64,000 nucleotides of DNA from an uncultured Bacteroidota bacterium (GTDB taxonomy: Bacteria > Bacteroidota > Ignavibacteria > UBA10030 > UBA6906): positions 192,625 through 256,624 of the forward strand of contig CAVOYH010000005.1 of NCBI GenBank assembly GCA_963700635.1. The letters run 5' to 3'. Below, in pieces: positions 20,201 to 27,444 of the stretch (position 1 is the stretch's first letter; every line of letters starts with the position of its first letter). The notes beneath the pieces are model-generated. The model had not been told where the DNA came from. It saw only the letters and a list, made by a program, of their open reading frames with translations, and searched no databases. The position numbers and the translations under genes are program-made.

Positions 20201-20396
20201 AGGTTCCTCCGCGCACGAGGACGGTATCACCGGCCCGCAGGGTCGTATTTGCTTTGGCAAGGGTTCGCCAGGGTGCAGTGAGGGTTCCCGGATTACTGTC
20301 ATTTCCCCCGGTGGCTACAACAAATGTTCGTCCGAAAAGCATGCTGTTAAAGGCGAAAAACAGTGCCAGGAGAATTCCGGGTGTTGCTCGACGCAT
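17259..20396 (-). CDS. Secreted right-handed beta-helix (pectate-lyase-fold) protein with 2 FN3 domains, a CBM4_9-like module and a T9SS CTD
   Basis: Start taken at M91 of the track ORF (ATG at 20396), giving signal MRRATPGILLALFFAFNSMLFG. 'FVVATGGNDSNPGTLTAPWRTLAKA...GDTVLVRGGTYHE' is DUF1565/beta-helix-like. FN3 'RYYWRVRGVN' and 'RYYYRVNAMN'. CTD 'NYPNPFNPNT...KVYNMIGEEV...GAYFFRL'. Confidence 0.75.
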   Translation of the reverse strand: MRRATPGILLALFFAFNSMLFGRTFVVATGGNDSNPGTLTAPWRTLAKANTTLRAGDTVLVRGGTYHERIAPAQSGASGSPLVYRASPGEQVIIDGANDNNLNLVALYGSWVIIEGFTFHNQDYFSLPNNNEYWVILEGSHNTFRYNRLVAYGDVLGNIYTRKASSRGIAEAGRYNTIEHCYIRGLSFGIVIAGSSPRYTVVRYDTIHAIGQNCIDVGATADGSTAYHGTLIEFCVLDTSFVEDNIQFEPDYGNPTSTLYNRGTIIRNNVMGNAAENAIDLKGAGHTLIENNLMYSSSGDDDGPLNGHDAGSGGGVSANANTPTRNTIVRGNVIWDHTIGLEMAEGDHYYNNTVLNNRRTWLGPNQTGESHAGLLAFNYPNQQRAFLNNIVAGQPSRGIYNWMMDWGDKFYLDNNLYYDQGTSVRFYHRKDGTMITTVGLASWKNELATYGGYAYMKGKDASAREADPAFVNVPAYPAGYDRAWNFGLRAGSPAIDAGVPVALTTSSGVNTTTLTVNDAYFFCDGFGIIEGDNIRIGGGTAVRISSIDYTRNIVTLREPRTWAAGAGVHPAYNGNAPDIGAFESGGTAPQIPASPAAVQLALPADGASGILLQSALTWTAASTALSYQVQVSVGSAFNSTVIDASNVVSTSYSISSLADSTRYYWRVRGVNQGGAGLWSTVRVFTTAPKPGGSVPEAAPVLRNSDFESGTQEWTFHTGGTGSFVTATPGFTGASAARITISTTADNIQLYQQGVSLKANTIYRLTFSGYSTSGQALAVGLIRHSSPFTDYGLQARMVPLSTQWRTYTVYLQTKNFSGTVTDARLQFLFSGFARAGDRYWLDAVDLQESSAPPIPTAPVLTLPAGGATNQPTVTTIRWTGFEGADGYRVQLARNASFASLVHDSVAADTVARVGPLEAATRYYYRVNAMNISGAGPFSASSFFTTASEESPAKEEDVLPAEIHLDQNYPNPFNPNTIIHYRLPAQTHVSLKVYNMIGEEVAVLADAEQQEGDHYVTFDGAALPSGAYFFRLRANGVMETRKMILAR

Positions 20397-20862
20397 ATAC
20401 GCTCCGTCTTCCCATAGCTTGCAATGTGTTGCATTTCGCGCACAATGCTGGTGTCCTGTTCCGGGGGCGAAATAGATGGCATTGTCTAGCTCTGAGTAGT
20501 CTGTGTAGCTTCGTTCTGTCTTGGCGGTGTTCCCGTGCGGGCGCCTCGGAATGAGGTCGACCGGCGGGATACTGGCCGTCTGAAGCAATGTGTGAGTGGT
20601 TCGTTCTTCCGTGTACAGCGGATTGTCTGGAATGAACCTGTTACCTGGTATGATGGATACGGACAACGGAGCACGTTAACAATCGGGTGTATGCTGTAGT
20701 TGTCAAAATACAGCGTTGACCCGAGTGATGCCCGTCACCGCACAGATGGCGTTCGCGAGGTATCTTTCCGGTGGAGCAGGGCGCCTTCCCCGCACATCCT
20801 CCGCGGCTTGTCTCCTCCCGTTCATACCGACCCAATCTCCATCACCCTGTGAGGTACTGTAC

Positions 20863-21870
20863 ATGAAATCTTTGCTATTCGGCCCCATTATGTGGATGCT
20901 CTTCGCTGTGAACGTGGTATTTGCCCAATCAACATCAACCAGCCCGGTGACGATGGTATTCCCGTCGACACCTGTGGGGACTTTCTGGGACACGTCGTTC
21001 ATGGTGTATGCCAGCGGTATGACCTACGGCACCAATTACCGTCTCTACATCATTCCATCCACCGGGTATCAAGTCAGCTGGAGTCCCAGCGGATCCTTCC
21101 AGTCCAGTCTGATGTTGCAACTGGCCACGACGATGTCGTATCAGTCCTGGTGCTACATGAGGTATACTCCAACGTCGGCCAACATGATTGGCACGCTAAC
21201 GGTTCGGCTTACCTATGGTCACCCCACCTATGCGTTTATTTTTGAGTCGCAGATGGGACTCAACCAGGTGCTCCCGGTGCAATTGGCCTCGCTCAGCGCA
21301 ACATTCAGAGCCTCTCAGAACGAAGTCCTGGTCTCCTGGAAGACCCTGTCCGAGACCGCGAACTACGGGTTTGAGATCGAGAGGAAGGTGGAGGGAGAGA
21401 GTACTTTCACCATGCTACCCGCCGGTTTTGTGCCCGGTCACGGAACGGTTCTCGTGCCGCAGGAGTATGAGTTCGCAGACAGGTGTCCTGTTGCGGGCCG
21501 CGCTCAGTACCGGCTGAAGCAGATCGATCTGGACGGTACCGTGTATTATTCGGAGCCAGTCACAGTGGAAGCAGTCACGGGCATCGCGGAGGGAATCGGG
21601 GTGCCCGCAGGGCTGGAGTTGATGCAGAACCATCCGAATCCGTTTAACCCGTCGACGACAATCCGTTACGGATTGCCCGCGCAGGCGCACGTGACACTGA
21701 CGGTCTTCAACTCCATCGGACAGCAGGTGGCGGTCCTGCAGAACGGGGAAATGGATGCAGGCTATCATGAAGTGCAATTTGACGCCCACGGGCTGCCGAG
21801 CGGGGTCTACTATTACAGGCTACAGGGAGGAGCCCACTCACACAGTAAGAAGCTCCTGCTGCTTCGATGA
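20863..21870 (+). CDS. Secreted hypothetical protein with FN3-like domain and T9SS CTD
   Basis: The ATG at 20863 gives signal MKSLLFGPIMWMLFAVNVVFAQ. 'VLVSWKTLSETANYGFEIERK' is FN3-like. CTD 'NHPNPFNPSTT...TVFNSIGQQV...GVYYYRL'. Confidence 0.7.
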   Translation: MKSLLFGPIMWMLFAVNVVFAQSTSTSPVTMVFPSTPVGTFWDTSFMVYASGMTYGTNYRLYIIPSTGYQVSWSPSGSFQSSLMLQLATTMSYQSWCYMRYTPTSANMIGTLTVRLTYGHPTYAFIFESQMGLNQVLPVQLASLSATFRASQNEVLVSWKTLSETANYGFEIERKVEGESTFTMLPAGFVPGHGTVLVPQEYEFADRCPVAGRAQYRLKQIDLDGTVYYSEPVTVEAVTGIAEGIGVPAGLELMQNHPNPFNPSTTIRYGLPAQAHVTLTVFNSIGQQVAVLQNGEMDAGYHEVQFDAHGLPSGVYYYRLQGGAHSHSKKLLLLR

Positions 21871-21894
21871 GAATCAGGACAATGGAGTGTACAC

Positions 21895-21927
21895 AAATGC
21901 CCCGGTATTCCGGGGCATTTGCTTTTT
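21895..21927 (+). terminator. Rho-independent terminator
   Basis: aaatgccccgg-tatt-ccggggcattt followed by gcTTTTT, 25 nt after the stop at 21870. Confidence 0.75.
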
Positions 21928-22163
21928 AGTATCAAATCAACCGGGCATATCCCCGGCATCTCGTCCGGAGGGGAGCGTAGGATCAAACGAAGATGACTAG
22001 CATCGGCGGACGAGGCACGGCACACCAGAGTGCGGGGTGGTCATTCCGCTACTGGCGAATATCTATGTGAACCCGGTCGATCAGGCGTTGAAGAGGGTGG
22101 ATCCTGGGTGGCAGGGGAACTTGTGCCCGGACTCGGGGCGCCGAAAGCGCACTCGGAAGTGTG

Positions 22164-22892
22164 TTATACCTTGCGCTTGACCACGTGCTGTACGAGAGTT
22201 TTGACGTTTGCGCGTATCTCCCGGGCCGCCATCTCCTGACACAGCACTACACAGCCCCGCCTCATTCCTGTTTCAGCTGACGAGTTCGCGGACGGAAAAA
22301 AGGCTGAGAGTTTGTGAGCCGACAGTATTGGTTCTATATAGTGCAAATCGAGTGACTTCCCCGGTCCGTAATCATCGTACGCATACTCGGAGTCGGGCAC
22401 CTGGAAATCATCGATCATCACAATCGGTCTCTTCCAATGTGTGAAAATGATCTCCAGTTCCTCGCGCAATGGCAGATCCTCCTGCCAGTGGGCATCCAGG
22501 TAGAAGAATACATCGTCCTTGGCCACCGAGCTATCGTTGCTGAGTTTTCTGAGAAAGGTCGGAGAATCGCTCCTGTGCAAATGAATGCTCCCCCGGTTTG
22601 CGTAGAATCGCCACCGTGCATAGGCGTAGTAGCGAGGATGGATTTCAACACCATAAACATGCAGACACGTTGCGGCGAACAACGCGGTTGTCGTTCCACG
22701 ATATGTTCCTGTCTCCACAATAGCGCTGATGGGAAAACTGTACAGGAGATCAAAGAAGATCCGTTGCCTGAATTTCTGGCCGTTGAACGGACCTCCCCAA
22801 CTATGTTGCACATGCTGAAGCCGGTAATGATCTATTCGCCCCAGGTTGCCCTCTCCGATCACTCGCTTCGCCAAATGTTTTAGCATCTTCAT
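22164..22892 (-). CDS. Putative class I SAM-dependent methyltransferase (CmcI/TylF-like), uncharacterised
   Basis: 'AIVETGTYRGTTTALFA' resembles SAM-binding motif I. 'FFYLDAHW..DLPL.EELEII...VMIDDF' follows. The gene looks lower in G+C than its neighbours by eye and sits next to tRNA-Leu. Confidence 0.4.
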   Translation of the reverse strand: MKMLKHLAKRVIGEGNLGRIDHYRLQHVQHSWGGPFNGQKFRQRIFFDLLYSFPISAIVETGTYRGTTTALFAATCLHVYGVEIHPRYYAYARWRFYANRGSIHLHRSDSPTFLRKLSNDSSVAKDDVFFYLDAHWQEDLPLREELEIIFTHWKRPIVMIDDFQVPDSEYAYDDYGPGKSLDLHYIEPILSAHKLSAFFPSANSSAETGMRRGCVVLCQEMAAREIRANVKTLVQHVVKRKV

Positions 22893-23024
22893 GGGTATCT
22901 TTGTTGTACTTCTTGTTGGGGCTTACAAGGCGACAGACTGAAGGAACACCGCAGTGCACGAGGAGCAGTCAGGATCTTTCTCGAGCGGACTGAATGCTGG
23001 ATTGCCTTTATTGAAGCTTTTTTG

Positions 23025-23110
23025 TACCAAAGGAGGGACTCGAACCCTCACCCGGTGTGAGCCGGACTGGATTTTGAGTCCAGCGCGTCTACCAATTCCG
23101 CCACTTTGGC
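23025..23110 (-). tRNA. tRNA-Leu (anticodon CAA)
   Basis: Reverse complement GCCAAAGTGGCGGAATTGGTAGACGCGCTGGACTCAAAATCCAG...GAGGGTTCGAGTCCCTCCTTTGGTA. Cloverleaf with a long variable arm, anticodon loop CUCAAAA, no encoded CCA. Confidence 0.9.
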
Positions 23111-23237
23111 TCTACATTCGCACCTTCTGTCTCACCTTCTGGATGGGCGTCGGGTGGACAGATGTCCGGATGCAATTTAGAAAAGCACCTATCTGCGTGG
23201 ACCTAATATATTGAAAGAGCGGCATATCTGCAAGGGA

Positions 23238-26200
23238 ATGAGTCAAAGCCCTGGTGCCCTGATCACATTCCTCCTGATGTGCGCATGCGCGTGCACGTCA
23301 TCGCCGGCTCAAGATGTTCCTTCGCTCCCCCTGAACTCCATGCGCGTTACGTTTGCCGGCTCGCCGGTTGACACCGTTTTCCGTCTCCCGGATCGTTTTG
23401 TCTCACCGGGCACCGATACCGTGCTCGTGCTCTCCTACGGGATTCTCAAACGGAACCGTGAATACCGGTTGAGCCACGGGACCGGCCGGGTACATCTCGA
23501 CAGCCTCACGCTGGCCCGTATTAAAGAGGCGACCGCTCAGGATTCACTCACCCTGATCATCACCTACCGCTTTGTACCCCTGCAGGTGCAGGACGTGTAC
23601 CGTCTGCGCACGCTCGTGATCCCGGCAGACTCCCTGACACGCGCCGACTCGGTGCGCGTACTCCGTCCGGTGAGCACATTCTCCATGGACGACATCTTCG
23701 GATCAAATCTTCAAAAAAGCGGCAGTATCGTGAGGGGGTTCACCGTCGGGTCAAACCGCGACCTTTCACTGAACTCCGGACTCCGCCTGCAAATGTCAGG
23801 AAAAATCCTCTCCGATATCGAAGTTACCGCTGCGCTCACTGACGAAAATACGCCCCTTCAGCCTGAAGGTACCACCCAGACCCTGCAGGAATTTGACAAG
23901 GTGTTTATCGAGATCAAGGCGACAGACGCCACAGCCACCCTGGGAGATTTTAATCTGGAATTCACCGGCACCGAATTCGCACGCCTGAACAGAAAACTTC
24001 AGGGGGCGAAGGGATACGCACAGTACAATGTTGCCGGCGTCAACGGCGCCACCACGCTTTCCGGCGCCATCACACGCGGGAAGTTTACGACGAAACAGTT
24101 TATCGGCATCGAGGGGGTTCAGGGACCGTACATCCTTTCCGGCGCAAATAACGAACGTGACATCATCGTCATCGCAGGCACGGAACGGGTCTATATCGAC
24201 GGAGAAACGCAGACACGCGGTGAAACGAATGATTACATCATCGATTACTCCACAGGGGAAGTAACGTTTACAACACGCCGACTTGTCACATCGGCTTCGC
24301 GTATTGTTGTGGACTATGAATACACCGACAGACAATTCTCCCGCTCCCTCTTTGCCACACAGAGCACGGCGGCGATGTTTGACGACCGCGCACGGCTGAC
24401 CGTAAGCTATGCCCGTGAGGCGGACGACCCGGATGCCCCGATTGACTTCGTCTTTTCCGATTCGGCGCGCGCAGTGATCGCCGCCGCCGGGACGGACCGC
24501 TCAAAGGCGGTCCTCAGCGGAATTACCCGCGTTGATTCCAACGGCGTCTATGTGAGGGTGGATACTCTCCTGAGCGGCGGCACTCCTGCTGTGTTCTACC
24601 GGTATGCACCGGGCGACCCTCAGGCGTTCTATATCGCATCGTTTTCCAATGTCGGGCCGGGCCGTGGTGAATACTCACGACAGAGGGCGGGTGTGTTCAT
24701 CTGGAAGGGACCCGGAGGCGGCGAGTATCTCCCCCTGCGCTACCTCCCGCTCCCGCAGTCCCATCAACTTGTGGATGTCGTGATGGAGGTGAATCCGATT
24801 GAAAACCTGAAAGTCGCCGGGGAGTTTGGCTACAGCACATTTGATGCAAACCGTCTCTCCGGGGTTGGCGACGCCGAAAACAATGACCGCGCGCTGAACC
24901 TTTCCGCCACCTATGAACCGCGCAACATCCGCATCGGGAGTCTTGACCTGGGCGGAATGAACCTCCGGTATCGCGAACGTTTTGTGGGAAGTCGCTTCGT
25001 GCCGCTTGATCGCTCGAACGAAATTGAATTTAACAGACGGTGGGGAGTGGATTCTCTTGCAGGCGGTGATGAGCGTATCCGGGAGGCTGCGGTGACGTTC
25101 CTGCCCGCGCAGGGGATCTCTGTGGGGAGTTCGTACGGCACAATCCGCCGCGGTGATGAACAGAACTCGCGCCGGGTTGATGGAACGCTGTCAGTCCGGA
25201 CCGAAACCCTGCCGGTGATGGCGTATACGTTTGAAGATGTCCGATCCACAGACCGGATCGCGAATGCGGAGACCCGATGGTTCCGGCACAATGGGGCACT
25301 GGAGTACACCGTATTGAGCCTCACACCCGGTTTCCGGTTTGAAGGTGAAAACCGGCGCACGGGTGTTCCCGGGTCCGGTGTTGCAGGTGCCGGGAGTTTC
25401 AAATTCACCGCCTATGGCGCGTTTGTGCGTCTGGCCGAACTGGGTCCACTGTCCGCGCAAGCCGACTTCTCCTGGCGCGCGGACGACATCTTCCTGCAGG
25501 GCGCGGTCACGCGGGAATCCGATGCCTTCACGCAGAACTACACTGCACGCCTCCGGGAGTGGGCATCCCTTACCTCAACGCTGGATATCACCCTGCGCCG
25601 GAAGAAATACTCTTCCGTTTTCAAGCAGGAAGGGCGGCAGGACGTGCAGACGGTGCTTGTCCGGAATCACACCCGATTTACTCCGCTGAACCGCGGTATC
25701 GAGACCGATCTGTTCTATGAAGTATCAACCGAGCAGGCTTCCCGGCTGGAGCGGGTGTACGTGCGCGTGACCGCCGGTTCCGGAAACTACCGCTACCTGG
25801 GGGACATCAACGGCAACGGGCTCGCAGACGACGAAGAGTTTGTGCTGACACGATTCGACGGCGAGTACGTCGCGCTCACGCTCCCCACGGATGAACTCAC
25901 TCCGATCATCGATCTGAAAACCAGCGCCCGGCTCCGGATCATTCCACAGCGGTTCGTGGAGGCCGGCGGATGGGCAGCCGACATCGCACGCGCCCTGACA
26001 TCCGAAACGTATGTACGTGTCGAAGAGAAAAGTAATGAGCGTGATCTTCAGCAGATCTATCTTTTGCATTTCAGCCGTTTCCGGGAAGAGGCCACGACGC
26101 TTGCAGGTTCGGTGTTGTTGACCGAGGATATCCACCTGTTTGAAGGGCGGCCGGGGTTTTCGTCCCGGTTCCGATTTTCGGAACGGAGGGGGCTCACTAA

Positions 26201-26750
26201 TTTCAGCGGCGGGATCGAGCATGCATACGTCCGTGAACGATCCGTGCGCCTGCGGTGGCAGCTTGTTCCGGAAATCGCGAACCAGCTGGATCTTGTGAAC
26301 CGTGTGGACCGTGTCACGGGTATCCGCTCTTCCCCCCGGTTGCGGGATATCCTCTCCAACGCGCTCATCTTTGATATCTCCTACCGCCCGCAGCAGTCTC
26401 TTGAGCTCGGGATAAAATTTGACGTCTCCCGTGCCACGGACCGGTTATCGGTACCCGAGTTGCGCGCAGATCTGAATGCGCAAAGTGTCAGGCTGGTGTA
26501 TGCATTTCAGGGGTCCGGCCAGGCGAGGGGGGAATTCGGGCGCGAAGAGGTGTTACTCGCACGCGGCGCGGAGTCGTATCCGTATGAACTCACCGGCGGA
26601 CGGGTGGCAGGAAAGACCTGGGTCTGGCGTTCCACCTTTGAATATCGTATCACCCAGTTCCTGCAGGCAAGCATGAATTACGAAGGCCGGAGTGAGGGGG
26701 GACGGGATCCGGTGCATAATGCCCGTGCGGAAATCCGGGCCTTTTTCTGA
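23238..26750 (+). CDS. Large (about 1170 aa) outer-membrane protein of unknown family
   Basis: Signal-like N-terminus MSQSPGALITFLLMCACACTSSPAQD (ATG at 23238; the track ORF starts at TTG 23211). Long stretches of alternating beta-strand pattern. The terminal residue is aromatic ('...AEIRAFF'), as in OMP beta-barrels. No family motif recognised. Confidence 0.5.
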   Translation: MSQSPGALITFLLMCACACTSSPAQDVPSLPLNSMRVTFAGSPVDTVFRLPDRFVSPGTDTVLVLSYGILKRNREYRLSHGTGRVHLDSLTLARIKEATAQDSLTLIITYRFVPLQVQDVYRLRTLVIPADSLTRADSVRVLRPVSTFSMDDIFGSNLQKSGSIVRGFTVGSNRDLSLNSGLRLQMSGKILSDIEVTAALTDENTPLQPEGTTQTLQEFDKVFIEIKATDATATLGDFNLEFTGTEFARLNRKLQGAKGYAQYNVAGVNGATTLSGAITRGKFTTKQFIGIEGVQGPYILSGANNERDIIVIAGTERVYIDGETQTRGETNDYIIDYSTGEVTFTTRRLVTSASRIVVDYEYTDRQFSRSLFATQSTAAMFDDRARLTVSYAREADDPDAPIDFVFSDSARAVIAAAGTDRSKAVLSGITRVDSNGVYVRVDTLLSGGTPAVFYRYAPGDPQAFYIASFSNVGPGRGEYSRQRAGVFIWKGPGGGEYLPLRYLPLPQSHQLVDVVMEVNPIENLKVAGEFGYSTFDANRLSGVGDAENNDRALNLSATYEPRNIRIGSLDLGGMNLRYRERFVGSRFVPLDRSNEIEFNRRWGVDSLAGGDERIREAAVTFLPAQGISVGSSYGTIRRGDEQNSRRVDGTLSVRTETLPVMAYTFEDVRSTDRIANAETRWFRHNGALEYTVLSLTPGFRFEGENRRTGVPGSGVAGAGSFKFTAYGAFVRLAELGPLSAQADFSWRADDIFLQGAVTRESDAFTQNYTARLREWASLTSTLDITLRRKKYSSVFKQEGRQDVQTVLVRNHTRFTPLNRGIETDLFYEVSTEQASRLERVYVRVTAGSGNYRYLGDINGNGLADDEEFVLTRFDGEYVALTLPTDELTPIIDLKTSARLRIIPQRFVEAGGWAADIARALTSETYVRVEEKSNERDLQQIYLLHFSRFREEATTLAGSVLLTEDIHLFEGRPGFSSRFRFSERRGLTNFSGGIEHAYVRERSVRLRWQLVPEIANQLDLVNRVDRVTGIRSSPRLRDILSNALIFDISYRPQQSLELGIKFDVSRATDRLSVPELRADLNAQSVRLVYAFQGSGQARGEFGREEVLLARGAESYPYELTGGRVAGKTWVWRSTFEYRITQFLQASMNYEGRSEGGRDPVHNARAEIRAFF

Positions 26751-26772
26751 CCGGATTCTTAGAAAAGTGTAC

Positions 26773-26801
26773 TTGCGTTTGTAAATCCTATTCTGTATAC
26801 T
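26773..26801 (+). promoter_or_regulatory. Sigma70-like promoter upstream of ogt
   Basis: TTGCGT-17 nt-TATACT. Confidence 0.4.
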
Positions 26802-26876
26802 CTCAAACATTGACTCGCACACCGAACGGGAATAGCACTACTCTGCTGCACATCGCTCGGGGCTTCGCCTCATCCC

Positions 26877-27380
26877 ATGGTCTACTGCACATCATTCGAA
26901 TCCAAGATCGGCCTGATCTACGTCGCGTCCACGGAGAAAGGCGTCTGCAAGGTCAGCGTACCGCGCCAGACCAAGCGGGACTTCTTCCGATGGCTCCGTG
27001 ACAACTTCGACGACAGCGAAGTCGTGGATAATAAATCCCGCAACAAAGAAGTGATCGATCAGCTCAACCGATACTTCAACGGGAAGCTCGCAAAGTTCGC
27101 CGTGTCGGTGGATATGCGCGGCACGCCGTTCCAGATTCGCGTGTGGAAGGAACTTTCGAAGATACCGTACGGCACGACAATCTCCTACAAACAGCTTGCT
27201 AAACGGCTGGGCACCAGCCGGGGATTCCAGGCAGTCGGACGCGCCAATGCCGCGAACCCCGTGCCGCTTATTGTGCCGTGCCACCGCGTGCTCGGAGCCG
27301 ACGGTGCGCTTGTCGGATATGCCAGCGGCGTCAAGACGAAAGAATTTTTGTTGAAGCTGGAAGGGGCATTGATGATTTAA
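26877..27380 (+). CDS. ogt: Methylated-DNA--protein-cysteine methyltransferase
   Basis: Active-site 'IVPCHRVLGADG' (PCHR motif), 'YGTTISYKQLA', 167 aa. Confidence 0.9.
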   Translation: MVYCTSFESKIGLIYVASTEKGVCKVSVPRQTKRDFFRWLRDNFDDSEVVDNKSRNKEVIDQLNRYFNGKLAKFAVSVDMRGTPFQIRVWKELSKIPYGTTISYKQLAKRLGTSRGFQAVGRANAANPVPLIVPCHRVLGADGALVGYASGVKTKEFLLKLEGALMI

Positions 27381-27444
27381 GCTGTTCCGCGATTTACCTT
27401 CCTCCCTTTGTTGCCTTCGGAATACATTTTCGTTATTATCTTCC

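Noticed and set aside
20397-20666. 90-codon N-terminal extension of the beta-helix protein ORF (track start 20666)
   Set aside because: The extension has no signal peptide, whereas the ATG at 20396 gives a clean one (MRRATPGILLALFFAFNSMLFG). The extension is more likely untranslated leader.
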